A DNA stretch of 64,000 bases from Eledone cirrhosa. Its lineage: Eukaryota. The notes beneath the pieces were generated by a model. That model was not told the origin of the DNA. It searched no databases and saw only the letters and a program-made list of their open reading frames with translations. The DNA is taken from NCBI GenBank assembly GCA_964016885.1, contig OZ024741.1:84134001-84198000 (forward strand), written 5' to 3'. The stretch's first letter is position 1. Each line of letters opens with the position of its first letter. This document shows, one piece after another, positions 27,187 to 41,786 of the stretch. Made by a program: the position numbers and the translations under genes.

Positions 27187-28809
27187 TCTAATAGAAACAC
27201 ATTCATTCAGGCAAAAATACATACATTTCTTCCTTCGCCTTGCAGAAAGCTTACATAAATTCAACAGTTTATTTACTTGCTTGAGACAATTTTAAAACAT
27301 TTGAGAATGTACAAAAATAGATATAAATAATTTGTGAATTCTTTTAGAATGCAAGGGGTGAAGAGCGCGAGAATATACACATTGATACATGCACTCTTGA
27401 ATATAAACATACATTATACATACATTAAGAAATACAAACCTAGAGACACGCATAATGACATGCATGTACAGGCCCATACACATATTCGCACACAGACATT
27501 CAGATGCACACAAACATACACATTGATACACGTGCACAGATGCGCACTCGCACCTGCATACACGCATGTACACACTCACAGTCATACACGCTTACATTCA
27601 CACAATCATGCACGTACACAGGAATATGTAAACTCATATCAGACCTATTCACAAATACGCATTCACACGCATTCATTCATTACACACACATGTACAAATA
27701 CAGACACATGCAGATGTGCAAACATACATGTAGATGTACACACACACACATGCATATAGACGCATAAACATGTTTAAAATGAAACACTCACTGATGAAAT
27801 ATTTACGCATTTAATATTTTTCATTGCATTTCATATATTATTTCTCCTCTCACCAAGAAAATATTTAACACATCAATTTCCTCACTTTACTTATAAGTAA
27901 TAAAAACCTACTTCATTTAAAAATAATATTTAAACCATATGAAAACACATGTAAAACATAAAGCTCAATATTTAACTATATATAAAACCTGTTCTGTACC
28001 AAAGCACACACCATACAATATATATATATATCTGTGTGTTTGAGTGTTCCTGCGAGTGAGTGTGTTCCTGCGAGTGTGTGTGTTCCTGCAAGTGTGTGTG
28101 TTCCTGTGAGTGTCTGTATGTGCGTGACTGTCTGTGTGTGAGAGTGTGTGTTATATGTATATAAAGATAGCAAATGTCGAGAGTTGTAGTAGTTAAAAAT
28201 TGAATTCATGTCAACCAAATCAGAAAAGAGGAAGTAGATCAAATATCATTCCCGTCTTTTAGGATTCCAAGTATATACATTTAATATCTAGCCATGATGT
28301 TGTTGGCGAGTGAAGCATTCGTCAACGACATTGATATGATTTACTGATATATAAGTGACCCCCTGGCAATCGAAAATGGTTAGCTATATAAAGGAGTTAA
28401 AACATGTTTCAATTCACAATATCATATTCACTAATTCCAATTTCTGTCAATGTAAACTTCGCCTTTCATCCTTTCGAGGCTCAGTACTGATTCCATTATT
28501 TCTTACTTTCACTCACTTACTATCTCTATCTCCTCAGTTTTGTTCAGACTTGGAGAGAGGAAGACTCCACCGGGTTTTCAAATGGCCCCCAAAATGCCGT
28601 ATGTCACTATGATTCCACGCGAAGTTCCATGTCCACATATATATATGCCTATTAAATACGTATGTGTGAATCGCGTCAAAGGATTCCCCGTGTACTGCAT
28701 GATATTTTATCTATAGTCTTTGTCACATTGCCGCCATGGTGGAAGGTTCAGCAAATGAAGCCATGATAACTCCTATACTTCCTCTTACGAACATATAATA
28801 TTAGGGCCC

Positions 28810-29000
28810 TCTTTAGTCATGGCTGACCATCGGTTTGCACCAGTCGAGTTCATCTCCAGGACGCATACCTAACTGAGGTGGTTTTTAGGGAAAACCCGCA
28901 GTGATACCTGTACGCAAATCTTCCTTCTTCCAACACTAACATTATCCAAGAGTAAGGTAGAGGCCGGTACAAGATGGCACCAGTATCGCTGTAACTCATA
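28810..29000 (+). mobile_element. Degenerate RTE 5'UTR/SINE-like fragment
   Basis: ttatccaagagtaaggtagaggccggtacaagatggcaccagt resembles RTE 5' regions; recalled similarity, not searched. Confidence 0.4.
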
Positions 29001-30019
29001 AGTACACTATATACACTGCATATGCACTATATACACTACATGTGATTGCCAAAACTGTATGCATCGTCCAATAAAGCGTGGTATCAATATCGTTGGAATA
29101 TCCTTTTTTATCAAATACGTCAATCTATCTAGTAATCGAACTCATAATCTTACAATGCTAAGCCAAACAACCTAACTAGCAGGCCACACGTCTTCAACAT
29201 GTCTAACTTATAAAAAAAAATATGCAGGAACTATACAAGAATTTACTCAATACTAACCAGATTAAAGCGAGTGTCAAAGAACTGAAAACCCGAAAATCGA
29301 CACATTCTTTGGATTCTTCCTAGATAATGGTAATTCCTTAATCTGACAACAAAGACATAATTTCTTATTGATTCTCTCGGTCGAAATGAATACCTCTTTA
29401 CACGAACTCAATCTAAAGAGCCGATCGAACGATGAGTCAAAATTTGCAACCGATGAGAAAACGGAGAGAAAAAAGATCATAAGAGATAGAACAAGGAGGA
29501 GATGTGTAATGTGTTGGAGGAGCAAAAGGAGGCGAGGATGAATTCGGGGAAGGCTATATTGCTAACACCTTTTTAATGAAAGCAATTTTTTAATTTGAAA
29601 CCAATAATCGGTATAGATAACACTATGTTCCTTTAATAGGCAGTATTTCAGGTGAGTATGTATTATTAATATATTGATTGCAGTATGTTTATCAGCGAAA
29701 ACCATCTTTGAGGAAGAGTTCTATAAGGTCAGGAATTTTAACAGGGAAATAGTTTTAGTAAGATCATAGAAATTTGTGAAGAAAAGAGTAAATAAAGAAA
29801 TATTAGACACAGCATAACGTATTCAGGTATGTTTAGTAAGATGTGTATATTTGTATCTTATGAAAAATGTATATGAGCATGTTTTTGTAAGGCGGGTGCA
29901 CATATATATGTGTGTGTGTGACTGTGTGTGTGGGAGTGTATATTTACGTATGTATGTATCTATATACCTATCTACCTATCTATCTATGCCTGCATGTATA
30001 TATGTATGTATGTATAATT

Positions 30020-32970
30020 CGTTGTACAGAGGAGGCAACCTCCGGACCCTCGACGAGTGAACAGGAGGGCATGCCAGCAGCCCCGTACTGATGTGACAGC
30101 TATGACTAGGGGATCACACCAACAACCTCAGACTGGGTTGATTTATACGAATAGAAGAAACATCCAGACAAGAGAAAAGACGTTAATACCTGCACATAAA
30201 ATACACGTACCATCAAAGATTGTAATACCAATTTTCTCGAGACAATGCTGTATGAACTTGAGAAAGTAAACACTATCAAAGACTAAATCAAACGAAAACA
30301 AAATAAAGATACACCCAGATACTGGACACTATATTTATCTGATAAGCAATGTGGCTCATCACCTGAATGGAGTGGGTTTCTTGGTGAACAAAAAGTGCGC
30401 ATCATTAGTACACTATCGACCTATGTCAGACAGACTAGCTGTTCTATGCTTGAAAAGTAGTTTTGGAAACTCGTACCTATCGAGTGTTACTTTCCCACAT
30501 CTACACATCCAGATTAAGAAATCAATGAGTTATATGACAACATACAGGCCATTATAGATAAGACACCAAAGAGAGATTACCTCTTTCTGATGGGTGACTT
30601 TAACTGTAAAGGTGGGCAACTGAATCAATCATTCCCATCAAGTATTGGGAAATATACCACAGGTACATTTAACTTGAGATATGAGCTTCTAGCAGAATTC
30701 TGTACAAAAATCAATATGCAGATCACCAACACCATATTTCAAAAAGAAAAACCTGTTCACTTGGATATCCCCAGACAGTATAACTAAGAATCAAATAGAC
30801 TCTATACTAGCAAGAAAATCTTCAGCAAGACATTAGACAGCACTTAACAGTCCTGATATATCTGACCATCGTATGGTTCGCACAAGATTTTGTATCAAAT
30901 TTGTTTGACCACAAAAAACGAAAATATCATCGAAAGTTAACTTAGACAAACTCTCATGTAACGAAACAGCAAGCCGATTCAAGCTCGGGTTTCAAAACCA
31001 CTTTCCATCATTGCAATCTGATGAAGACTTCGACTAGATTTATAATACTATCTGCAGAGGCATAAAAGAGGTATCTGAAAAGATTTTACCTAAGGAAAGC
31101 CTTTCCATCCCACAATGAATGCCACAACGAACAAAGAAGCCAATATCTGAAAAGATAGAATCAGAAGAGAATGTGGCCACACATCAGCCCAATATAGAAT
31201 ACCAAAGGCTGAACTAAGACACTCGTTAAATGAGTCAAACGTAAGCAAATCTACATTGAGGAGCTGAATAACCTACCACCCAATAGGTAATATCATGCTG
31301 TTCTGAAGAAACTAAAGACTAAATCAAGTAATCTTATCTAGGTCATTAAAGATTCAAACGATATTATATTTACTTCCAAAGATTTACTTCCTTGAACGCT
31401 GCACTAAATTTTATGAAGAACTGTACTTCAGCAACTCAGAACCAACAACCATTCATGATTCGATATCAGATGCCATTCCGTCTATCCTAGCTAGTGAGAT
31501 AGTTCATGCCATCAAAAATCTGAAGCTAGAAGAAAGCACCGGACTGGACAACATATACTCAGAATTCATCAAAGCTGGAGGTGAACCAATCATCAAACCG
31601 CTTCAAAATCTGTTTAACTGTATCGTTACTACAGGAAAAAGTCCAGACATGTTCAAGAAAGCGTTAATAGCTGTACTCTACAAAAAAGAGAGAAGACTTG
31701 ATTGTGGGAACTATCGTCCTATTGAGTCACGTTTACAAGCTTTGCATGAGTATCTTTGCAGCACGAGTGAAGTCAGAGCTTTACGCTTCATTTCCAGAAT
31801 CACAAGCTATGTATCAACATGGAAGAGGCACCATTGAGCAGATCCTAGCTGTTGAATAAATCATTGAGAAATCAATAGAATTCAGCAAAGCTGTGCACAT
31901 TCCCTTCACTGACTTCACAAAAGCTTTTGGCAACGTGAAACTACCCAGTTTGTGGCAACTCTTAAACAAAACATCAATTAACAAGAAATACCTCAACCTA
32001 CTGAAAGAGACTTACAACTACTCAACAGCATATATCAAAACAAATATGGGAACGACACGGTGTACAGACATATTGAGGGGAGTTAAGCAGGGGGTGAACT
32101 GTCAGTACTTCTTTTCTGTATAGTTATAGCTGCACTTATATACCACACTGAAGAAGATTGCACCTCTGGAGGTAAAATCGTATCAAATCTTAGTAATGCA
32201 GATGATGTGGCTATCACGAGTTACTCTAGAACTGATCTGCAAGACTTTCTGAATGTACTGGCCAAACATTCCCTAGAGGCTGGCTTACCCTTCAGCATCT
32301 CCGAAACAAAGTGTATGACAACTGATAAAACAATGCCAATCTTCATCTCACAATCTATAACCAGCAAATTGCTCAAGTTACGGAGTTTGTATATCTCGGT
32401 TACAAACTATCATGAAACAATAATGGATTGGTTGCTGTGCAGTATAGCATCGCTCTAGGTTGGGCAGCTTTCAACAAGAACAAGGAAGTATTAACATCAA
32501 AACGAGTTTCCTATAATTTGAAGTCTAAGATCTTCAATGCTTACATCATACCAGATTTGTTATATGGTCTTGACTGTGTTAATTAGATGACACGGTCACT
32601 TCAGAAGCTCTCTATATTCCAGAACCCCATCATGAAACTTATGACTGGCAAGCAGCTCAGCGACCGTATCTGTATCAGTGAGCGGCTCAACATTACCAGG
32701 CTTAGACCACTTACATCACTTGTCAATACAAGAGTTATCAAACTAAACGGTCATATAAAAACATCAACTCGTGGTGTGAATAGGTTATGCTTGGAAGGAA
32801 AATTGGCTGGTAAGAGAAGCCTTCAAAACAATGGCTTGATGATGTCAACTTATGAACTGGACTTGACCTTTTCTCTTTAAACTCTGCTGTTGGTGATCGA
32901 ACTTTGTGGAGAAAAATATCCCATGTTGATGCTCAGTCTGCAACTTGGCGTCTAAGAGAGATAATCCAGG
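30020..32970 (+). pseudogene. Decayed near-full-length RTE-clade LINE (APE endonuclease + RT)
   Basis: NGVGFLVNK; MGDFNCK; TWISPD..TKNQID; PGLDNI; CGNYRPI; DFTKAF; RGVKQG; ADD; many stops. Confidence 0.85.
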
Positions 32971-34536
32971 TGTATATGAAAACATAAACGGAATGATTAT
33001 GAATAATATATATATATAAATCTTCCTACATGTGTTTCAAACTGTAATTATGTCGCATTTATCTCAGTTGTATTCTGAGAACGAACAACGCCAGAGTTTG
33101 ATATGTATCCATCACCGGTGGCGTTTCTTGATACTAAGGTGAGAATAAGCTATAACGTATATAAAATGTGGGCATAAACCATCGGCTGGAATTACACAAT
33201 TGCATATGGGGCATATGGTGTGAACCTGAAAAACTAGAATTAATTATTACCGTATCACTAACACGGCGTGTTCAAGAAAGCATGTTATTGCGAGATAGGA
33301 TTTCCACCGGTTCCAAATGGGTTCTGACAACGCCCCTAAAATTCTATTATGCATTAAGTATCCATGCACGCATTAATGCAGTCTTATATATTATCATTGT
33401 ATGTTTTTTTTAAAGTAAATTCCGTTAGAGCTATATAATATAATTGATTCTTAGTTTACAGATGAGGCTTTCGGTGTTTACGTTCGTTTTTTTTTTTGGG
33501 GGGGGGGGGGGTTCTGCTATAGAAAAATTATCTTACATTTGAAGTTTTACAAATGATATCATAGTTCGTATACTATTTAAATGTTCATACGATGGCGACT
33601 GAGTGGGAATAAAGAATGTAGTATATGTGGTAATACATTCGAAATCTTCATTTACAAAGAAAACTATGTTATTTATGGTTCAGAAAATACTAATAGCCAA
33701 AAAACATAAAATGATTTATAACATAAGTCTTCTTGACAATAGAATTCTGACAATAATACTTCAGTTTCTGTGACAATAGAAAAATACATTGTATCCGTAC
33801 CTATAATTCACACTACACAACTAATTTTGCATTTGACTATAGAATTCGCCAATTCATACACAAATAGTCTGGAATATTTTTGTCAGTCTAATTTGGTTTC
33901 CTTTAACTATACAATTCACATTTGGGATTTTACCTTAATATTTTCAAATGACATCTCATTAAAAGATTTATATTTTTCAAAATATGTATGCACATGTATA
34001 TGGATATATATATGTACATTAGCATATGTATGTAGATACACACTGACACAGGCGCAGACGCACACAGACATACACACACAAATATATATATATATATATA
34101 TACATACATACATACATACATACATACATACATACATACATACATACATACATACATACATACATACATACATACATTATTTCATAGATTCTGACACTTG
34201 GATACGTCCATAACAATTTTCATATCTTAAGATCTATTGTTTACCAAAATAATATAACGTCTTCACAATGTTTAAATCCTTATAGCATCTGTATTCATGA
34301 CATTTTTTCAGACATACCTTTGTTTGAATATTTCTATAACAATGTTTAATATCTACATTTACACTGTTTTCACAAAAAATATTTCATTTTCCCAAGAGGG
34401 AAGGCTTTATATTAACGATATTCACTGAATATAATAAAATGAAAATGTTCTTAGAATTATGACCGATATTCAAAAAGCATATATATATATATATGTAAAC
34501 GCGCACATGCACACACATACGCACACACACACACAT

Positions 34537-34570
<34 letters not shown>

Positions 34571-36102
34571 GCATACATATATATATGCAAAAGGCAAACA
34601 GAAATAACAATGCAAACGCATCAGTACAATTAAGAAATATACTAATAGTTTTACGCTTGATATAGTAGGAAAAGAGTACAAAATATTGTTTACATATTCG
34701 TGGTATACAATAATGAAATGAAAGGGAAAAGATAGGTCAAAACTGAAGAATAAATAATTATAGAACGGAAGGCATTGGAACGGACAATGGCCAACGACAC
34801 GTACTGCAACAGGCAGGCTACCACACGGGGTTCTTTCCTTAGTTGGGTCGCAGTTTTCCCGATTTTGAGGAGGAAAACAGCAGTTTGGTGACTGAGGACA
34901 CTGGAAGTTCATGAGGTGGCATACTTGAAAAGGAAGCAGTCGTTCAAGCCTTGATATTTAGTTATCTTCTGCTCTGCATTGCGTGTGTCAGTGCATGTGT
35001 ATGCTGGTAAAGCGACAAATTTGGATGCGAATAATTTGTCTCAACACGTGGCGTCAAAGATTAAAAATTTACTTCCCTCGAATGAAAAGACAGTTATCCC
35101 GTCTAGAAATTTATCATCACAATCAAGGTGAGCTTGCTCTATTTGTGACAGGAAGCCGGTCGCGACGAGACTCTTGATTATGTCGTGTAGAACGGCCTGT
35201 CAAAGAAGCCGTCCTATGATATGGTGTTAAGCGAGCGGGTGCAAGCTGAACTCGTCAACAACGGCACAGAGACCACCCAATTTCATGAAGACTCTCCTCA
35301 GTTTCATACCAGAGTTGTCGAAACTAACATTGCATATACGTTCAATACAGTAACGGGTTATGGCGTCGAGTTCTATGAGGCGATCCGTGTATGGGTGACA
35401 AAGCGCACCGAGCAGCTTAAAAGAAAGTTGAAGAGGCGTAAACAGAAAGGAAAGAACCGGATGGCCGTCTATAAGAGGTAATTTCTCCATCATCCTCATT
35501 AGTATAGCATACATGGTAACCAGGCACTCTCCTATTGGTTTCAAGCTGATAGGAAAGCCAAGAGTGAATGCGCATATTTCGGTGCAAGCCAGTTAAAAGA
35601 TGCTGGGAGCGAGTATGGCGTTTAAATTCAGTTTCTCCCTAGCTCACATTTATTGCCTCGGACTGGGAGACAATTAGTGATAAGGTTGGGATGACATACT
35701 CAAATTTGTCTAATACAGACTCAACCACCCCAAACGGTGTCACATCGTCTATGTACTAGACATTGTAAAGAGAGTGTATTACATGCGCAATGTCATCGAC
35801 AGCGAACGCAAAGAGGACCAGGCCGAATAGTTTACATTGCTGGATAATTGTAGCGGAAGTGATCTTTTTGCCAGCAGCTACATGTGTGCTGTGTGTTGAA
35901 TAACAGAGATGAACGAAAAGAAAAAGAGAGGAAGAGAGTCTTAGATGTGTCTCTAAGATTTGATCTCGCAAACGTTACCTAATAATATTTGTCTCTTGTC
36001 ACATTTCGAGATCATATTTTTTACTATATAAAATCAAAATATCTTGTTGATGTATGATACGGTCATTGACGCAATTTCATTACTTATCTTGCCAGGTCAT
36101 GT

Positions 36103-36142
<40 letters not shown>

Positions 36143-36152
36143 CACATATATA

Positions 36153-36225
36153 TCAAATTTAATATAGAAATGGTTTCTACATAACTAGAACTGTTTCATT
36201 CGAAAGAAATCATGAGGGTTTTGCA
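36153..36225 (-). ncRNA. Decayed hammerhead related to the 15.9-kb pLTR
   Basis: CTCATGA tttc tttc gaat GAAACAGttctagttATGTA; downstream ctatattaaa shared with 15966-15975. Confidence 0.55.
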
Positions 36226-37479
36226 CTCTACTAAAGTATTGTGCACCTCACTTACTGAGGCTAAGCCCGATTGAACCCGGTACTCACACACACGCGCACA
36301 CACACACGCACACACACACACACATACACATACACACACACATACATACACACACACACACGCGCATATATATATGTATATATATATATTTGAAAATGGA
36401 AGTAAGTTTCTATATAAAACAGTTATTATACAGAAAATGTGACATTAGAAATAGCACGGAAAATATATTTAACGGTCTGTTTTTCTTTTTTTTTTTCCTT
36501 TCTTTGATTCGTGAAAATGACATTATTAAAAGATGAGAAGGAGAATTTTTTTTAAAAGAATGTTGTAATGGGTATAAAGTATATAAAGTATAACCGGTTT
36601 TGATGTATTAGTAAAATTCATCTTATCAAATGTGGAGTATTACAATTAAAAATAATTAAGAATTAAGATCTAAAAATTAGAGATTTAAAATTAAGTGTTG
36701 AGGTAAGTTATTTTCATCTTCCTTGTTAAGAAGGAGACTGGAAAAGTTGTGTGTACAGAGAGAGGTGTGTAGTCATGATAGTAGCGGCAGCAGTGTTGGT
36801 AGGTGTGTTTTTTCACATAGAACAAAATTGTTTTTAGGGACAAAGGAAATATTCTGTTCTTGTTGGTTTCATAAAGCTGCTTTTCACTATGTATTAAGCG
36901 TCCTTATAAGACACGCTACATTTTCTTTAATTATATATATATATAAATGGAATAGAATGAAACGAAATTTCATGTCTCACTCTTAGTACGGCACTGACTC
37001 AAATGTAAGTATGTATGTATACGTACATACATATATGTATACAGACGTACAGCAGCATGTATATATATATATATGGACGTATCAGTTTACCGAACATTTA
37101 TTATAATGTTCGCTTTGTTTGTTTGAAAACAAACGGACAGCCTGATTTACGCCGTACAGTGTTCAGGCAACCACGTCACCTTTTTGTTCAACACTGACAC
37201 AGGAACGATGTACTAGTTTCAAGCTTGTTGGCTATCGTCAGCACCGTATACCTTTCTGCCAGATGGTTGAACGTTCGAAAGTATATACTTTCCATATGAA
37301 AATTAACGGCTGAGCAGCCTAATTTGCATGTCGAGTGAGTTCAGTCGGCCAGGCGCACCGAAAACGATAAATGGAATAGAATGAAACGAAATTTCATTTC
37401 TCACTCTTATACAGCATTTACTCAAATGTAAGTATGTATGTATACGTACATACATATATGTATACAGACGTACAGTAGC

Positions 37480-37542
<63 letters not shown>

Positions 37543-37546
<4 letters not shown>

Positions 37547-40500
37547 TATAGACATAGAATATTCGAAAATATTCTGTATGTTTATAATAAACATTTTGAA
37601 GACCTAATCGCTATAGAATAGAATACGTCACGTATTACAATTAGATTCTCGATAAAAGCAAGGGAAGTAATCTACGCGTTTCATTCTTATTAGAAATCTT
37701 CAGGACTACATATCCAGTGCTTTTATCGAGAATGACACAGCTAGAGACTTATAGAATACTTAGCTGTGTACAGAAACTGGTTTGAAAGAGCGGTTGCCGG
37801 TCCGGCAGAAATTAGAAATTGGAATAAATGCTCTGAAATAGCGATATATATGTGAATATAGACATAGAATATTCGAAAATATTCTGTATGTTTATAATAA
37901 ACATTTTGAAGACCTAATCGCTATAGAATAGTACACAGCTAAGTATTCTATAAGTCTCTAGCTGTGTCATTCTCGATAAAAGCACTGGATATGTAGTCCT
38001 GAAGATTTCTAATAAGAATGAAACGCGTAGATTACTTCCCTTGCTTTTATCGAGAATCTAATTGTAATACGTGACGTATTCTATTCTATAGCGATTAGGT
38101 CTTCAAAATGTTTATTATAAACATACAGAATATTTTCGAATATTCTATGTCTATATTCACATATATATCGCTATTTCAGAGCATTTATTCCAATTTCTAA
38201 TTTCTGCCGGACCGGCAACCGCTCTTTCAAACCAGTTTCTGTACACAGCTAAGTATTCTATAAGTCTCTAGCTGTGTCATTCTCGATAAAAGCACTGGAT
38301 ATGTAGTCCTGAAGATTTCTAATAAGAATGAAACGCGTAGATTACTTCCCTTGCTTTTATCGAGAATCTAATTGTAATACGTGACGTATTCTATTCTATA
38401 GCGATTAGGTCTTCAAAATGTTTATTATAAACATACAGAATATTTTCGAATATTCTATGTCTATATTCACATATATATCGCTATTTCAGAGCATTTATTC
38501 CAATTTCTAATTTCTGCCGGACCGGCAACCGCTCTTTCAAACCAGTTTCTGTACACAGCTAAGTATTCTATAAGTCTCTAGCTGTGTCATTCTCGATAAA
38601 AGCACTGGATATGTAGTCCTGAAGATTTCTAATAAGAATGAAACGCGTAGATTACTTCCCTTGCTTTTATCGAGAATCTAATTGTAATACGTGACGTATT
38701 CTATTCTATAGCGATTAGGTCTTCAAAATGTTTATTATAAACATACAGAATATTTTCGAATATTCTATGTCTATATTCACATATATATCGCTATTTCAGA
38801 GCATTTATTCCAATTTCTAATTTCTGCCGGACCGGCAACCGCTCTTTCAAACCAGTTTCTGTACACAGCTAAGTATTCTATAAGTCTCTCTAGCTGTGTC
38901 ATTCTCGATAAAAGCACTGGATATGTAGTCCTGAAGATTTCTAATAAGAATGAAACGCGTAGATTACTTCCCTTGCTTTTATCGAGAATCTAATTGTAAT
39001 ACGTGACGTATTCTATTCTATAGCGATTAGGTCTTCAAAATGTTTATTATAAACATACAGAATATTTTCGAATATTCTATGTCTATATTCACATATATAT
39101 CGCTATTTCAGAGCATTTATTCCAATTTCTAATTTCTGCCGGACCGGCAACCGCTCTTTCAAACCAGTTTCTGTACACAGCTAAGTATTCTATAAGTCTC
39201 TAGCTGTGTCATTCTCGATAAAAGCACTGGATATGTAGTCCTGAAGATTTCTAATAAGAATGAAACGCGTAGATTACTTCCCTTGCTTTTATCGAGAATC
39301 TAATTGTAATACGTGACGTATTCTATTCTATAGCGATTAGGTCTTCAAAATGTTTATTATAAACATACAGAATATTTTCGAATATTCTATGTCTATATTC
39401 ACATATATATCGCTATTTCAGAGCATTTATTCCAATTTCTAACTTCTGCCGGACCGGCAACCGCTCTTTCAAACCAGTTTCTGTACACAGCTAAGTATTC
39501 TATAAGTCTCTAGCTGTGTCATTCTCGATAAAAGCACTGGATATGTAGTCCTGAAGATTTCTAATAAGAATGAAACGCGTAGATTACTTCCCTTGCTTTT
39601 ATCGAGAATCTAATTGTAATACGTGACGTATTCTATTCTATAGCGATTAGGTCTTCAAAATGTTTATTATAAACATACAGAATATTTTCGAATATTCTAT
39701 GTCTATATTCACATATATATCGCTATTTCAGAGCATTTATTCCAATTTCTAATTTCTGCCGGACCGGCAACCGCTCTTTCAAACCAGTTTCTTACACAGC
39801 TAAGTATTCTATAAGTCTCTAGCTGTGTCATTCTCGATAAAAGCACTGGATATGTAGTCCTGAAGATTTCTAATAAGAATGAAACGCGTAGATTACTTCC
39901 CTTGCTTTTATCGAGAATCTAATTGTAATACGTGACGTATTCTATTCTATAGCGATTAGGTCTTCAAAATGTTTATTATAAACATACAGAATATTTTCGA
40001 ATATTCTATGTCTATATTCACATATATATCGCTATTTCAGAGCATTTATTCCAATTTCTAATTTCTGCCGGACCGGCAACCGCTCTTTCAAACCAGTTTC
40101 TGTACACAGCTAAGTATTCTATAAGTCTCTAGCTGTGTCATTCTCGATAAAAGCACTGGATATGTAGTCCTGAAGATTTCTAATAAGAATGAAACGCGTA
40201 GATTACTTCCCTTGCTTTTATCGAGAATCTAATTGTAATACGTGACGTATTCTATTCTATAGCGATTAGGTCTTCAAAATGTTTATTATAAACATACAGA
40301 ATATTTTCGAATATTCTATGTCTATATTCACATATATATCGCTATTTCAGAGCATTTATTCCAATTTCTAATTTCTGCCGGACCGGCAACCGCTCTTTCA
40401 AACCAGTTTCTGTACACAGCTAAGTATTCTATAAGTCTCTAGCTGTGTCATTCTCGATAAAAGCACTGGATATGTAGTCCTGAAGATTTCTAATAAGAAT

Positions 40501-41301
40501 GAAACGCGTAGATTACTTCCCTTGCTTTTATCGAGAATCTAATTGTAATACGTGACGTATTCTATTCTATAGCGATTAGGTCTTCAAAATGTTTATTATA
40601 AACATACAGAATATTTTCGAATATTCTATGTCTATATTCACATATATATCGCTATTTCAGAGCATTTATTCCAATTTCTAATTTCTGCCGGACCGGCAAC
40701 CGCTCTTTCAAACCAGTTTCTGTTCACAGCTAAGTATTCTATAAGTCTCTAGCTGTGTCATTCTCGATAAAAGCACTGGATATGTAGTCCTGAAGATTTC
40801 TAATAAGAATGAAACGCGTAGATTACTTCCCTTGCTTTTATCGAGAATCTAATTGTAATACGTGACGTATTCTATTCTATAGCGATTAGGTCTTCAAAAT
40901 GTTTATTATAAACATACAGAATATTTTCGAATATTCTATGTCTATATTCACATATATATCGCTATTTCAGAGCATTTATTCCAACTTCTAATTTCTGCCG
41001 GACCGGCAACCGCTCTTTCAAACCAGTTTCTGTACACAGCTAAGTATTCTATAAGTCTCTAGCTGTGTCATTCTCGATAAAAGCACTGGATATGTGGTCC
41101 TGAAGATTTCTAATAAGAATGAAACGCGTAGATTACTTCCCTTGCTTTTATCGAGAATCTAATTGTAATACGTGACGTATTCTATTCTATAGCGATTAGG
41201 TCTTCAAAATGTTTATTATAAACATACAGAATATTTTCGAATATTCTATGTCTATATTCACATATATATCGCTATTTCAGAGCATTTATTCCAATTTCTA
41301 A
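37543..41301. mobile_element. Retrozyme-like family A array: 388-bp inverted arm plus 10.9 direct 310-bp units
   Basis: gtacacagct recurs at 37931, 38241, 38551, 38861, 39173 ... 41032; one hammerhead per unit; (TA)n on both sides. Confidence 0.93.
37993..38035 (+). ncRNA. Type I hammerhead (family A, first of 11 plus-strand copies; inverted copy 37667-37709)
   Basis: gtagtc CTGAAGA t ttc taataa gaa t GAAACGCGTA gattac; stem I extended by 15 bp ttctcgataaaagca/tgcttttatcgagaa. Confidence 0.92.
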
Positions 41302-41745
41302 TATATATATATATATACATACAGGCACACATATATATATGCACGTATCAGTTTACCGAACATTTATTATAATGTTCGCTTTGTTCGTTTGTAAACAAAC
41401 GGGCAGCCTGATTTACGCCGTACAGTGTTCAGGCAACCACGTAACCTTTTTGTTCAACACTGACACAGGAACGATGTACTAGTTTCAAGCTTGTTAGCTA
41501 TCGTCAGCACCGTATACCTTTCTGCCAGATGGTTGAACGTTCGAAAGTATATACTTTCCTTATGAAAATTAACGGCTGAGCAGCCTAATTTGCATGTCGA
41601 GTGAGTTCAGTCGGCCAGGCGCACCGAAAACGATAAATGGAATAGAATGAAACGAAATTTCATTTCTCACTCTTATACAGCACTTACTCAAATGTAAGTA
41701 TGTATGTATACGTACATACATATATGTATACAGACGTACAGTAGC

Positions 41746-41786
<41 letters not shown>

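Noticed and set aside
30030-30125. HDV-like ribozyme at the RTE 5' end
   Set aside because: cag-ccccgta-ctg resembles P3/L3, but P1, P1.1 and P2 could not be assembled.
34760-35960. GC-richer island as a gene or LTR element
   Set aside because: No motif or repeat boundary I could assign; probably an old unclassified relic.
37931-41301. CRISPR array or plain satellite
   Set aside because: No unique spacers and a eukaryotic context. Dispersed copies with a fixed end and one ribozyme per unit argue against a simple satellite.
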